Source: Ruminococcus flavefaciens
GTDB lineage: Bacteria; Bacillota; Clostridia; Oscillospirales; Ruminococcaceae
Direction: 5' to 3'
Assembly (NCBI GenBank): GCA_023662725.1
Contig: JAMPIL010000008.1
Span: 4,471 to 68,470, forward strand
Length of the DNA stretch: 64,000 nucleotides
Below the pieces are notes generated by a model, which did not search any database, had not been told where the DNA came from, and saw only the letters and a list, made by a program, of their open reading frames with translations. Below are positions 20,747 to 31,782 of the stretch, piece after piece. A program made the position numbers and the translations under genes. Each line of letters begins with the position of its first letter. Positions within the stretch are counted from its first letter, which is position 1.

Positions 20747-23700
20747 ATGGAAATGCAAAACAACAAGGTAAGTGAGGCACAAGCAATTTATATCAATGAA
20801 ATACGGCGTGTTCAGGAGACTGCCGAAAAGTGGAAAGATTTTCTTGATTTTGCGGCACAGGCACAGATAAGTGAAAATCAAAGTGAATTTGAATTCTCCT
20901 CAAAGCTTATTATCCATGCCGAAAATCCCAACGCAGCAGACTGTCGGACGTTCGGAGAGTGGAAAACAGCAGACGGAAATCATATCAAACAGGGGCAGCA
21001 CGGCATAGCCGTATTGTCCCGAAACAGCAAAGGAAATCAGTCTGTAACATATCTTTTTGACACAAGTCAGACTGCGCTTGCCAAAGAGCCTGAACGTCCC
21101 GAAATACCCGAAGAAATCAAAAATAATCTTAAATCCGCTTTAAGCGATGTGATTGAAATACATTCCGGTAACGCTTCATTTTCAGACGAACAGAAACGCA
21201 TTTTTGCGGCAACCGCCGAATACAGGCTGTGCAAACAGTACAGTCTTGAAACTGACGAAAATTCGGAAAGATTTTCGGGAATTGAAAAGCTGTCGGTAAA
21301 GGAAATTGCCAATATCGGAGTTTCTCTTAACAGGTGCAGTCAGTCGTTTTCCGACATTGTGAATAATGAGAGGAGTAATTTTTATGAGGCACAACGAAGC
21401 AATGATGGTCAATCAAGAGATGATAGGACGGAACTTTATAGACGAGAACAACGAGGAATGGATTTGGGTGGAGGGAGAAGCGGAAACTCCAATGCATATG
21501 AAGAAATACGACTTCAACGAGGAAACGAACAGGTGGGGCAAGCTGAACGAGGAACAGGGAGTATACGAGCCGATGTTTTGGGTACATCAGCCGAAGCCGA
21601 CAGCGGCAATGGGCAAGTACGGCAGCATGAGACTGAAATTCATATGGCAGACCCCTCACCTGATAGAAGCTATAATGCTGAACGAGGAACTGGACGTAGA
21701 GGAGCAGAACCTGAACAGGCACTGCGAGGAGATGAACGAGAAAGTTCTGAACCTGATAGAGGAAATCGTGGAGAAGAAAAAGCAGTCGGAGGAATACAAG
21801 GCGATAGAGGAATCGGGGAAATTCCTGCCGAAAGTGCAGATACTGGAGAGGTACAAAGCGGAAGCGGAGGAAGAAATACTTCCGGTGACGGTGTACGCGA
21901 TATAACGGAGAAAACGGCAGAACCTGAAAAGGTTTCTGCCGTTTCTGATTTGTCCGTTCAGGAAGAAACTCCGGAGGTAAATATTCAGCCTGAAATCAGC
22001 ATTGAAGCAAAACAGGGTGAAATTACTTCCGATATACTCAGGGGAAGTGGTATTCAGGGCGGTAAGCAAAGAATAGAAGCGTTCTATAACGAACAGCAGC
22101 CGAATAGAAAAGATTTTGCCGATTTTCTTAAAAATGAATACGGTATAGGCGGTCATTCAGGCAACGAACCGCTTAAAAGCCAATTTCACGACAGCAAAGG
22201 ACTTTCCTATAAATTTGCAGACGGCACGGACATTCGTCTGAGTTGGTCAGAAGCCGCAAAAAGAATATCGAATTTAATTGACAGAAATGAGTATCTTAAC
22301 GCCGATGAGATTACTCCGAATGACCTAAACGAGCGGAAAGAGAACAGGTCAGACCCTTTTGAAAACTCCAAACGTTCCAAAAACGGAGATGTTATCTTAG
22401 GCAACACAACTTTCAGATATATCCCCGAAAAAACCTATACCAAAATTGATAAAGACATAGCTGCCGAGGTATCGGAGCAGCTTGAAAAACAAGGCATAAA
22501 ATTTTCGGGAGTTATAAAGGGAGATACAGCAACAATTACCGTCAGCAAGCCGCAGAAAGAAACGCTTGATAAGATTATTGCGGATATTTCTTCTCCCGAC
22601 CTTGATGTACAGCTTTCTCAAAGTGAATTTATAGAAATCGCTTCAAATTTGCTATCGGCTGATACAACAGTTTCCAATGCGCATAAGTATTCCGACAAGC
22701 AGAATTACCGCACAGAAATTGATAACGGAATAGACCGTATTTTTACCGAAGCATTGACAGGAAACAGGGATATTGGTTATTCCGTTCCTGAAATGTCACA
22801 GCTTTGGAACGAATTTCAAAATGACAGTAATGTCCGTGAATATATTAGGAATATCGTTTCAGAAAATGTTGATATTTCTCTCACCGCCAATGAACAGCTT
22901 GAGATTTTTTCTAATGCTGAAAAAAACGATAAAGCAATATCCTTTTCAAGCTTGGATTTTGAAAAGAAAATTCCAAATGAAATGAGATGGAAAGAAAATT
23001 CTATTGTTGAGGATAACACAGCTTTATATTGGGTAACGCAAGAAATTTTTACCGAAGCTGACCTTGACAAATTTCAAGCGGCACTAAAAGATACCGATAT
23101 TAAAAAAGCCTATGTTATTCCCCGTGATTTAAGCGGATACAGCTTTGAGGACGATATGGCAAATAATACTCCATTTGCCGTTGTTACAAAAGACAGTATT
23201 TCCTGCAAGGACTATATTAACACAATAAAGTCCGTATATAATTATGATGTTTCAAAGCAACAGGAAGAAGAAAATATCGTCCAAAGTTCAGAGCAACGCA
23301 TATATGACCGCACAGAAGCCGCAATCACAAGGGATATGTACCAAACCGAAAATCCCGATGTGCTTGTTATAAAGGGCAGAGGCAGCCTTGCAAAGATTGA
23401 TATTTCCGTCAGTGATGAACTGTGGGAAAGACTTGCCGAAAAGGGACTTGTAAGGAACGAGGACAGCGTTGACAGGGTAATTTTTAATACCGATAACGGG
23501 AACTGGAACAAGCTTGTAATTCCCGATAAATGGGGAAATTTGACCAACAATATCAGTATCGAGGACGTTTTTACCCGTGAGGAATTGCAGACCGCTAAAT
23601 CCGTTGCGGATTTTGTTATCGGAAACGATGATGTTCAGCAAGTGCTTGACAATTTCAAAGAAGATATAACGTCTGTTGAAAATAACGTTAATGATGTCAA

Positions 23701-26700
23701 GGAAAGTGAGAGAATTTGTACGCCAATTCTTGAAACAGCGGACGAAAATGGCAGACCAACAAGCTATTCCACTAAATATAACGATAAATTTTATTGGATA
23801 AGCGAAAACGCTGACGGTAAGTACGATATTGAAACGGATTTCGGCAATGGTATCGTAAACGTAGGTGAGGAATATTCTGATTTTCCTGCAAGGTATCTTG
23901 CGGAAGAAGCCTTTGAGGACTATATTGCCGACGTTCTTTCAGCCGAACATGAAGCGGAAATAACCGAACCGCAGAATGAACCATTCTTGGAGGAAATAAG
24001 CGGCAATAACGGCACTGTCAAATATAAGGTCACGGAGAACGCTGACGAGCAGTACAAATACAATGTACAGATATTTACTCAGGGCGAAAACGGCGAATTT
24101 TATTACAGCGGCAGCGGTCGCTTCTGCGAAACACTCGATGAAGCTCATGCATTTATTGAAAATGATATTGCAGAGCGTACCGCCGAAAAGGATAGACAAC
24201 ATTCCGTTAAGGACGAAATTCCCGGAAACGATAAACATAACATTTCACAAGGACAGATGTCATTGTTCGATGATATTCCGGATACAGAGGAATTTTCCAA
24301 TGAAAAAAACTATCAGGTTGTCACCTATTCTAATGATTCGGGTGCAGATGATAAAAAGGATTTTCCTACACTGGACGAAGCCGTTGAAAAAGGCAGAAGT
24401 TATTTGTATGACAGGGAATACGAGGGTTATTATTCGGGCATTGCAATTCTTAACACAAAAGAACACAAGGTTGAATATTATGAGGGCGATTTCCCGTTAG
24501 AGGGTATTTTCAGCGAACAGGTATATCAAAACAGCGGTGAATGGCAACGTGTTGAAGCAACACCAAACGTATTTGACACGAATGCTCCGGGAGCTATGAA
24601 AACGGAACAGGCAAGACTTATGAATGAAAAAAGTGCCAATAAGTTAATTAAAAGCGGCGAAGTGGACATTCCTCTGCCACAGGATTTAGCTGCTCCGATA
24701 CAGTTTGAACAGTCTCCTTTAAATGCAGAGCGTGTCACGGTGACACACTCCGAAGCTTCGGCAGCTCCTGCCGAAGAAGTGGTTAAAACTCTCGACCTTG
24801 AAAATGACAAGCCGGAAGAAAAGAAGTCCGATAACCTTTTCCGCATAACAGACGGGCATTTGGGCGAGGGCAGCAAAAAAGAAAAATTCAAGAACAATAT
24901 TGAAGCTATAAAAACGCTGCAAATACTTGAAGCAGAAGAACGTGCTGCCACTCCCGATGAACAGGAAACATTATCAAAATATATCGGCTGGGGCGGTTTG
25001 CAGGAAGCCTTTGACGATTCAATCTCCGCTTGGAACGCCGAATATCACGAACTCAAAAATTTTATTTCCGAAGAAGAATACGAAGCCGCACGGTCTACCG
25101 TAAACGACGCATTTTACACCTCCCCTGTCATAACTCAGGCAATTTATGAGGGACTTGCTAATATCGGCTTTAACGGCGGCGAAGTACTTGAGCCGTCAAT
25201 GGGCATTGGAAACTTTTTCGGAACTATGCCCGATAAAATGCGTGAAAACAGTAATCTGTCGGGAATTGAAATTGACAGCATTTCAGGACGTATCGCACAA
25301 AAACTCTATCCCGAAGCCAACATTGCCATAAACGGTTTTGAAAATGTAAAGCCGCCGAAAGCTACTTTTGATTTGGCAGTCGGCAACGTTCCTTTCGGAA
25401 ATCACGGTGTAAACGACAAAACAAAAGTATATAAAGGACTTCTTATACACGACTATTTCTTTGCAAAATCACTTGACAGCGTTCGTCCGGGCGGTGTGGT
25501 ATCTTTTGTAACTTCAACAGGCACGCTCGATAAAGAAGATACGAAAGTCCGTCAAATGCTTGCACAAAAGGCGGAGCTTATGGGCGCGGTCAGACTGCCA
25601 AACAACGCTTTTCAGAAAAACGCAGGAACGCAAACGGCAACCGATATTATATTTTTGAAAAAGCGTGAAAAACCGCTTAATATCGGCGATATGCCTATGG
25701 ACAAATCCTGTGATTGGGTGCATACAAAGGAAAACTCCGACGGTCTTAAGATAAACAGCTATTTTGCCGACAATCCCGAAATGGTTTTAGGCGAACTTTC
25801 CGACAAGGGACGTTTCGGCAGTATAATCTGCACTCCGATTCAGGGCGCAGACCTTAAAGAGCAGCTCCATGAAGCTATGAAAAATATCAAGGGAGAGTAC
25901 TCTCCTCTTGAATTTCAGGCTGAACTTGACGAACGTGCGGAAAATAGCTACTTAACCGCAACTCCCGATATTGAAAATCTGACCTATACGGTTGTGGACG
26001 ATAAACTGTATTTCCGTGTTGACGATAATCTTATTCCGCTGAAAGAAAGCGAACAGCACGGAGTTACCGCCGAAAGGCGCAAAGCAATGAGCGGTCTTGG
26101 CGAAACTACCCGTGAACTTCTTCAGGCACAGGTCGAGGACAGACCCGACAAGGAAATAAAGCTGCTGCAAGCGGAGCTTAACGTTAAGTATGACAAATTC
26201 GTTCAGAAATTCGGACGGATAAATCCTATTGAAACGCCTAACCCACGAAATGCAAGCGGCGTTACAAGAAAAGCACCAAACAGCAACGTTTTCAAAAACG
26301 ACGTAAGACTTCCCCTTTTGCAGTCCCTTGAAAAAATGAAAGAGGGACAGTTTGTCGGTAAAACGGCTATTTTTACCGAAAGAACTATACGTCCCCGTAA
26401 AGTCGCAGAACACGTTGATACCGCACATGAAGCATTGATTTTGTCAATGTCCGAAAAGGGAAAAATTGATTTTGATTATATGCAGGACTTGACAGGCTTT
26501 GAGAAAGAAAAAATAATTTCCGATTTGCACGGTGACATCTACCCTGTTCCCGAACTTTCCACGGAAGATAACACTGTGTATCAAACAAGCGATGAATATT
26601 TATCGGGCAATATTTACAAGAAAATAGCTATGGCAGAAGCAAAAATATCCGAAAATCCTGCCTACGCTGAAAACGTTGCGGCTCTGACAGAAGTAATACC

Positions 26701-29700
26701 GAAACCGCTGAAAGCTACGGAAATAGATATGCAGCTCGGTATGACTTGGATCGATACAAAAATTATCAATCAGTTTATGTATGAGACTTTTGAAACTCCG
26801 CAGAGATTTAAGGAATATGACGGAGACGTGCCGCAGAAAAATCCCTCCGCTATAACGGTTGAATATTCGGGCGCAGGAAAAGGCTCTTGGAAAGTTGAAA
26901 ACGCACGTCTTGACAATTCCGTGAAGTCTACAAAAAATTTCGGTACAAAGGACTATAACGCTTATGAGCTGCTTGAAAAAATTCTGAACGCTAAATCTGT
27001 TGCGGTAACGCAAGTCGTGAGAGATGACGAGGGCAGACAAAAGACTGTAATTCTTGAAAAGCAGACAAAGACGGCGGAAGATAAGGTAAAACAAATAAAT
27101 GCCGCTTTCAAAAAATGGGTTTTTGCAGACCCCGAAAGACGCAACGAACTTGTCAAAACATATAACGAAAAATTTAACGGTATACGTCCCCGTGAATACG
27201 ACGGCAGCAATCTTAATTTCTTCGGTTCAAATCCCGAAATTACATTAAAGCCACATCAGAAAAACGCTGTCGCACACGCACTTTTTGGCGGCAATACGCT
27301 GTTTGCACATCAGGTTGGTGCCGGAAAAACGTTCGAGATGATAGCAACTGCTATGGAGGGAAAACGGCTCGGATTGCATAATAAGAGTATGTTTGTCGTT
27401 CCAAATCATCTGACGGAACAGATAGGCTCTGACTTTATGAAGCTGTACCCTAACGCAAATATTCTTGTCGCAAAGCCTGACGATTTTTCGCCGCAGAAGC
27501 GCAGACAGATGTGTGCGAGAATTGCAACAGGAAATTTTGACGCGGTAATTATCGGGCATTCGCAACTTATAAAAATACCCCTTTCCGCGAAGCGTGAAGA
27601 AGCCTTTATAAAAAATCAAATCGACGATATAGTGTCTGCTCTTGAAGCTGCCAAAGAAACAGACAACAAAAGCTACACGGTAAAGCAGCTTGAAGCCACA
27701 AGAAAAAATCTACGTGAACGTCTTGAAAAGCTTACTAACGGCACGGTCAAGGACAATGCGGTCACATTTGAGGAGCTTGGCGTTGACAAGCTGTTTGTGG
27801 ACGAAGCTCACGAGTTTAAAAACCTATATGTTTCAACAAAAATGGAGAATGTTTCGGGACTTTCAACTAATGCTGACGTTCAGAAAACGCAGGATTTGTA
27901 CATGAAATGTCAGTACCTTGACGAAAAAACGGACAGTAAAGGTATCGTTTTCAGCACGGGAACTCCTGTGACCAATGCTCTTTCGGAAATGTATACCACA
28001 ATGAAATATTTGCAGTCCGACTTGCTGAGAGAAACAGGTCTTGACAGCTTTGACGCGTGGGCAGGAAATTTCACAAGAAAATCTACCGAAGCTGAAATCT
28101 CGCCCAGCGGCAGCGACTGGAGAATGAAAACACGTCTTAAATTTACCAATGTTCCCGAACTTGTCACTATGTTTAAAGAATGTGCCGACGTAAAAATGGC
28201 TGACCAACTCAATCTTGACGTGCCTGAATGTGAAAAGCACATTGTTTCGGTAGAGCCGACAGAAGCGCAGAAAGCGGTTGTACACTCCCTTGCAATAAGA
28301 GCAGAAGCAATCAGCAAGGGAGAGGTTTCAAGAACAGAGGATAATATGCTTGTTGTAACGGGTGACGGAAGAAAGCTCGGTCTTGACCAACGGCTTTATG
28401 ACCTGAAACTGCCAGATGAACCGCAGACAAAGCTGAACGCTTGTATTCAGAACGTTTTTGATATTTGGGAAAAAACGTCCGACAAAAAATCAACGCAGCT
28501 TGTTTTCTGTGATTTGGGCGTACCGCAGTCCAAAGAGGATTTAAAGAAAAATGGTGAAAGGTTTGACGTTTATGCCGATATTCGTTCAAAGCTGATAGAA
28601 AAAGGCGTTCCCGAAAAGGAAATAGCCTTTATCCATGAAGCCAACAGCGAGACGGAAAAGGCGAAATTATTTGCCAAAGTCCGCAGCGGAGACGTTCGTG
28701 TGCTTATCGGTTCAACGCAAAAAATGGGCGCAGGAACTAACGTGCAGGACAAGCTTGTTGCACTTCACGACCTCGATTGTCCGTGGAGACCTGCCGACCT
28801 TACACAGCGTTTGGGACGTATGGTCCGGCAAGGCAACGAGAACAAGAAAGTAGATAATTTCAGATATGTTACTAAAGGCACGTTCGACGCGTATCTGTAC
28901 CAAATGGTGGAGAAAAAGCAGGAGAGCATTTCGCAGATTTTCACTTCAAAGGCTATTGCACGAACCTGTGACGATATTGACGATATGGCTGTGGACTTAA
29001 TGCAAGTCAAAATGGCTGCTGTCGGCGATGACCGTATCAGGCGGCAAATGGAACTCAAAGAGGATATTCGCAGTCTGAATATGCTGAAAAATACATACCT
29101 TGAAAACAAATATGAAATCGAGGACAATATAAAAAGGCTGCCGGAAAAAATATCACGAACCGAAAAAATAATCGAGGGAATTGCCGCCGACACAAAAACG
29201 GTAAATGGGTATGTTCCTAAAAAAGACATTGACGGTCAGGAAATTTTTGAAATGCAAGTCGGAAATACCTTATACGTTGAAAAAAAAGAAGCGGCGGAAG
29301 CTCTCAAAACCGCTATGACAACTGCTGTTGTGGGAAATCCTAAAGCGCAGACGGATATAGCCGAATACAAAGGCTTCAAAATTGCAGTTTCCTATGACAG
29401 CTTCACAAAATCATACACGGGACACCTAAAAGGCGAAAACAGCTATCAATTTGAATTTGGCAGCAGCGAAAGCGGAAATATGACGAGAATAGATAACGCT
29501 ATTGCCGCAGTTCCGCTGCGTATTGACGGAGCTTGCAACGAGCTTGACCGCTTGAAAACAGAGCTTGCCGACAGTATAAAGGAAGTTGATAAACCATTTG
29601 AGCATGAAGCGGAGCTTGAGGAAAAGAAGCAGGAGCTTGAACGTTTGACAGATGAGATAAATGCCGATAAGGTCAAGGGTGAGATTGCTCCGGAGCAGCC

Positions 29701-30136
29701 GGAAAGTACGGAAAAATCTTCTGAAAAAGCTGAAAATCAGGCAGAAAAAGCCGGAAATCTCAACATAAAATGGCGGCAGAACGATAAGGAGCTTCGCATA
29801 ACCTATGACAGTACCGCCGAAAACAAAATTACTGCGTATTCTGACGGAAAAGAAATAGGACACTGCACTCCCGATGAGCTGACGGTCACAAAAATAAGCG
29901 AGAGCGAACAGAAGAATTATCCCGACGGAATAAACAAATGCGTTAAGCCGCTTAATCTTGCGTTCAGCAATAAAATCTCCATGCACATAAGAGAGTTTGC
30001 TGTAAGGGTCAGAGCTGCCGAAAAGTCCGCTGAAAAGGACGATAAGGCTCTTTTCTCCCGTGACAGAATTATGAGTGATGAATTTAAGCCGACTTCGGAA
30101 AAAACTTCCGATACTCCTAAACAGCAGGAGCATTGA
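20747..30136 (+). CDS. Giant DarB-like protein: ArdC-like N-terminus, N6-adenine methyltransferase, SNF2 helicase
   Basis: WKDFL..TFGEWK..YLFDTSQT (ArdC-like); EPSMGIGNF and VGNVPF (MTase); HQVGAGKT, VDEAH, QRLGRMVRQGN (SF2 helicase). Confidence 0.9.
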   Translation: MEMQNNKVSEAQAIYINEIRRVQETAEKWKDFLDFAAQAQISENQSEFEFSSKLIIHAENPNAADCRTFGEWKTADGNHIKQGQHGIAVLSRNSKGNQSVTYLFDTSQTALAKEPERPEIPEEIKNNLKSALSDVIEIHSGNASFSDEQKRIFAATAEYRLCKQYSLETDENSERFSGIEKLSVKEIANIGVSLNRCSQSFSDIVNNERSNFYEAQRSNDGQSRDDRTELYRREQRGMDLGGGRSGNSNAYEEIRLQRGNEQVGQAERGTGSIRADVLGTSAEADSGNGQVRQHETEIHMADPSPDRSYNAERGTGRRGAEPEQALRGDERESSEPDRGNRGEEKAVGGIQGDRGIGEIPAESADTGEVQSGSGGRNTSGDGVRDITEKTAEPEKVSAVSDLSVQEETPEVNIQPEISIEAKQGEITSDILRGSGIQGGKQRIEAFYNEQQPNRKDFADFLKNEYGIGGHSGNEPLKSQFHDSKGLSYKFADGTDIRLSWSEAAKRISNLIDRNEYLNADEITPNDLNERKENRSDPFENSKRSKNGDVILGNTTFRYIPEKTYTKIDKDIAAEVSEQLEKQGIKFSGVIKGDTATITVSKPQKETLDKIIADISSPDLDVQLSQSEFIEIASNLLSADTTVSNAHKYSDKQNYRTEIDNGIDRIFTEALTGNRDIGYSVPEMSQLWNEFQNDSNVREYIRNIVSENVDISLTANEQLEIFSNAEKNDKAISFSSLDFEKKIPNEMRWKENSIVEDNTALYWVTQEIFTEADLDKFQAALKDTDIKKAYVIPRDLSGYSFEDDMANNTPFAVVTKDSISCKDYINTIKSVYNYDVSKQQEEENIVQSSEQRIYDRTEAAITRDMYQTENPDVLVIKGRGSLAKIDISVSDELWERLAEKGLVRNEDSVDRVIFNTDNGNWNKLVIPDKWGNLTNNISIEDVFTREELQTAKSVADFVIGNDDVQQVLDNFKEDITSVENNVNDVKESERICTPILETADENGRPTSYSTKYNDKFYWISENADGKYDIETDFGNGIVNVGEEYSDFPARYLAEEAFEDYIADVLSAEHEAEITEPQNEPFLEEISGNNGTVKYKVTENADEQYKYNVQIFTQGENGEFYYSGSGRFCETLDEAHAFIENDIAERTAEKDRQHSVKDEIPGNDKHNISQGQMSLFDDIPDTEEFSNEKNYQVVTYSNDSGADDKKDFPTLDEAVEKGRSYLYDREYEGYYSGIAILNTKEHKVEYYEGDFPLEGIFSEQVYQNSGEWQRVEATPNVFDTNAPGAMKTEQARLMNEKSANKLIKSGEVDIPLPQDLAAPIQFEQSPLNAERVTVTHSEASAAPAEEVVKTLDLENDKPEEKKSDNLFRITDGHLGEGSKKEKFKNNIEAIKTLQILEAEERAATPDEQETLSKYIGWGGLQEAFDDSISAWNAEYHELKNFISEEEYEAARSTVNDAFYTSPVITQAIYEGLANIGFNGGEVLEPSMGIGNFFGTMPDKMRENSNLSGIEIDSISGRIAQKLYPEANIAINGFENVKPPKATFDLAVGNVPFGNHGVNDKTKVYKGLLIHDYFFAKSLDSVRPGGVVSFVTSTGTLDKEDTKVRQMLAQKAELMGAVRLPNNAFQKNAGTQTATDIIFLKKREKPLNIGDMPMDKSCDWVHTKENSDGLKINSYFADNPEMVLGELSDKGRFGSIICTPIQGADLKEQLHEAMKNIKGEYSPLEFQAELDERAENSYLTATPDIENLTYTVVDDKLYFRVDDNLIPLKESEQHGVTAERRKAMSGLGETTRELLQAQVEDRPDKEIKLLQAELNVKYDKFVQKFGRINPIETPNPRNASGVTRKAPNSNVFKNDVRLPLLQSLEKMKEGQFVGKTAIFTERTIRPRKVAEHVDTAHEALILSMSEKGKIDFDYMQDLTGFEKEKIISDLHGDIYPVPELSTEDNTVYQTSDEYLSGNIYKKIAMAEAKISENPAYAENVAALTEVIPKPLKATEIDMQLGMTWIDTKIINQFMYETFETPQRFKEYDGDVPQKNPSAITVEYSGAGKGSWKVENARLDNSVKSTKNFGTKDYNAYELLEKILNAKSVAVTQVVRDDEGRQKTVILEKQTKTAEDKVKQINAAFKKWVFADPERRNELVKTYNEKFNGIRPREYDGSNLNFFGSNPEITLKPHQKNAVAHALFGGNTLFAHQVGAGKTFEMIATAMEGKRLGLHNKSMFVVPNHLTEQIGSDFMKLYPNANILVAKPDDFSPQKRRQMCARIATGNFDAVIIGHSQLIKIPLSAKREEAFIKNQIDDIVSALEAAKETDNKSYTVKQLEATRKNLRERLEKLTNGTVKDNAVTFEELGVDKLFVDEAHEFKNLYVSTKMENVSGLSTNADVQKTQDLYMKCQYLDEKTDSKGIVFSTGTPVTNALSEMYTTMKYLQSDLLRETGLDSFDAWAGNFTRKSTEAEISPSGSDWRMKTRLKFTNVPELVTMFKECADVKMADQLNLDVPECEKHIVSVEPTEAQKAVVHSLAIRAEAISKGEVSRTEDNMLVVTGDGRKLGLDQRLYDLKLPDEPQTKLNACIQNVFDIWEKTSDKKSTQLVFCDLGVPQSKEDLKKNGERFDVYADIRSKLIEKGVPEKEIAFIHEANSETEKAKLFAKVRSGDVRVLIGSTQKMGAGTNVQDKLVALHDLDCPWRPADLTQRLGRMVRQGNENKKVDNFRYVTKGTFDAYLYQMVEKKQESISQIFTSKAIARTCDDIDDMAVDLMQVKMAAVGDDRIRRQMELKEDIRSLNMLKNTYLENKYEIEDNIKRLPEKISRTEKIIEGIAADTKTVNGYVPKKDIDGQEIFEMQVGNTLYVEKKEAAEALKTAMTTAVVGNPKAQTDIAEYKGFKIAVSYDSFTKSYTGHLKGENSYQFEFGSSESGNMTRIDNAIAAVPLRIDGACNELDRLKTELADSIKEVDKPFEHEAELEEKKQELERLTDEINADKVKGEIAPEQPESTEKSSEKAENQAEKAGNLNIKWRQNDKELRITYDSTAENKITAYSDGKEIGHCTPDELTVTKISESEQKNYPDGINKCVKPLNLAFSNKISMHIREFAVRVRAAEKSAEKDDKALFSRDRIMSDEFKPTSEKTSDTPKQQEH
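21384..21905 (+). CDS. tnpV: TnpV-like protein nested in the +1 frame of the giant helicase ORF
   Basis: SD GAGAGGAG (21368-21375) 8 nt before ATG; MGKYGSMRLKF...AEAEEEIL...VY matches TnpV family pattern. Confidence 0.7.
   Translation: MRHNEAMMVNQEMIGRNFIDENNEEWIWVEGEAETPMHMKKYDFNEETNRWGKLNEEQGVYEPMFWVHQPKPTAAMGKYGSMRLKFIWQTPHLIEAIMLNEELDVEEQNLNRHCEEMNEKVLNLIEEIVEKKKQSEEYKAIEESGKFLPKVQILERYKAEAEEEILPVTVYAI
24732..24749 (+). repeat. Dispersed palindrome copy 7 (intragenic, encodes VTVTH)
   Basis: GTGTCACGGTGACACACT inside the giant helicase. Confidence 0.9.
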
Positions 30137-30141
30137 TACAG

Positions 30142-30187
30142 TCCCCCGAATGCACATTTACGGTGCGTTCGGGGGATATTTTTTTGT
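30142..30187 (+). terminator. Rho-independent terminator closing the transfer operon
   Basis: TCCCCCGAA...TTCGGGGGA stem followed by a T tract. Confidence 0.85.
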
Positions 30188-30413
30188 TGAAAAAATAAAG
30201 CAATTATGATATACTTATTACAGTATTAATAGTTTAATGATATAACATTATTACAATGTGAAATAACACCTGTTTAACGTTGAAAAAGCGACACGATTTT
30301 GTGCAGCTATACAAAAATATTATTATTTCAAAAAAATTCGAAAGAAAACAACACTTACAAGGCATTTATATATGGAAAATTGAAAGTGAAGCGAATTTAA
30401 GGAGCAAATATAT

Positions 30414-30878
30414 ATGTTTGATGAAATCGTAAACAGATATTACAGCGTAATTCTGAATTACTGTAAATATAAGCTGAACGGCAATAAATCTGCCGCTGAG
30501 GACGTTACGCAGGAAGTGTTTTTAACGCTTTATCAAAAAATAAACCGTTTGAAGCTAAGCGAAAATATAAAATTTTGGCTTTACCGCACGGCTGATAATA
30601 AAGTCAAGTCGTACATAAGAAAAAATCCCTCTTTTCTGCCAATTGAAGATTGCTTGGAAATTACGCAGAAAGACGATTATCCCTCGCTTTCGGAAAGCGA
30701 TTTTGATTGTTTGAGCGGCGAGGAAAAAGATTTACTTATAGATTATTACAGCGATGGCAGCAGAGAAAATATTGCCAAAGCACATAATCTGAACATGAAT
30801 GCACTCTATATCCGCATTCATAAAATTAAGAAAAAACTTGCTGATAAATCGAGCAAAAACAACAAAATAAAAATATGA
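30414..30878 (+). CDS. ECF-type RNA polymerase sigma factor
   Basis: AEDVTQEVFL region 2, WLYRTA, C-terminal HTH ending YIRIHKIKKKL. Confidence 0.85.
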   Translation: MFDEIVNRYYSVILNYCKYKLNGNKSAAEDVTQEVFLTLYQKINRLKLSENIKFWLYRTADNKVKSYIRKNPSFLPIEDCLEITQKDDYPSLSESDFDCLSGEEKDLLIDYYSDGSRENIAKAHNLNMNALYIRIHKIKKKLADKSSKNNKIKI

Positions 30879-30962
30879 TTTTTGTACATATATACAAAAT
30901 TAAATTTTGCCGAAAGAAAACAGGGGTTTTCAGGCATTTATTAAGCAGAGGAGTGAAATTGT

Positions 30963-31769
30963 ATGAAAGAACTGGCAGATAAACTAAACGCCGATAAACA
31001 TTTTAAATCGGAAGCCTGCCAATTTATGAAGCGGCAGCTTGACGAAGAAACTGCAAAGCCTTTACGCAAGCGTGACTTTGATAAAATTGAACAGCTTACC
31101 AATGCAATAAGTGAACTGCTTGACGATACGGATTATTCTGAGGGAATTTCAAAATTATATTTCCGTATTGAACAGGAAAAAATCAAAAACAAAAAGCCTG
31201 TCAGGAAATTAAAGAAATTCCTTCCTGCCGTTTGCTGTGCCGCTGTAATACTGGCGGCGAACTGCATATCAGTAGCAGCGTGGAATACAAATATTGTTTC
31301 GGCGGTTATAAAATTTACAAAAGGCGGCTTTTCTGTTGATTTTAATAATAGCGAAAGCACTGTTGAGCTGCCGACATCAGAGAACGACCCTTACGGAATT
31401 ATTGCGGAATGTGCAAAATACGATATTTATCCCGAAACGCCGTTTTATTTGCCTGACGGGTTTGAACTGGAGCATATAAGTTCAAATATAAATGAGAACG
31501 TTTCAAGCATAGTTCGTTTTGTTTTCAAAAACGGCAATCAAAGTATAAGCTTTGATTTTGAACTCTTTCAAAATGATGTAGGACAGATAGGTATCCCAAG
31601 TGACCATTACAATATTTCCGAAACAGAGGTGAACGGCTGTCCTGCTATAGTTTCAAAAGAGGACAACCAGTACACAATTACATATCAAAAAGATAAAACT
31701 GTATTTTTTATGTTTACGCAAGACGTTTCTTATGATGAATGTGAAAAAATAGTTGAATCAATAAAATGA
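30963..31769 (+). CDS. Anti-sigma-like membrane protein with DUF4367 domain
   Basis: Follows ECF sigma; single TM; PFYLPDGFEL and EVNGCPA motifs. Confidence 0.75.
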   Translation: MKELADKLNADKHFKSEACQFMKRQLDEETAKPLRKRDFDKIEQLTNAISELLDDTDYSEGISKLYFRIEQEKIKNKKPVRKLKKFLPAVCCAAVILAANCISVAAWNTNIVSAVIKFTKGGFSVDFNNSESTVELPTSENDPYGIIAECAKYDIYPETPFYLPDGFELEHISSNINENVSSIVRFVFKNGNQSISFDFELFQNDVGQIGIPSDHYNISETEVNGCPAIVSKEDNQYTITYQKDKTVFFMFTQDVSYDECEKIVESIK

Positions 31770-31782
31770 CAGGAGAAAATTT

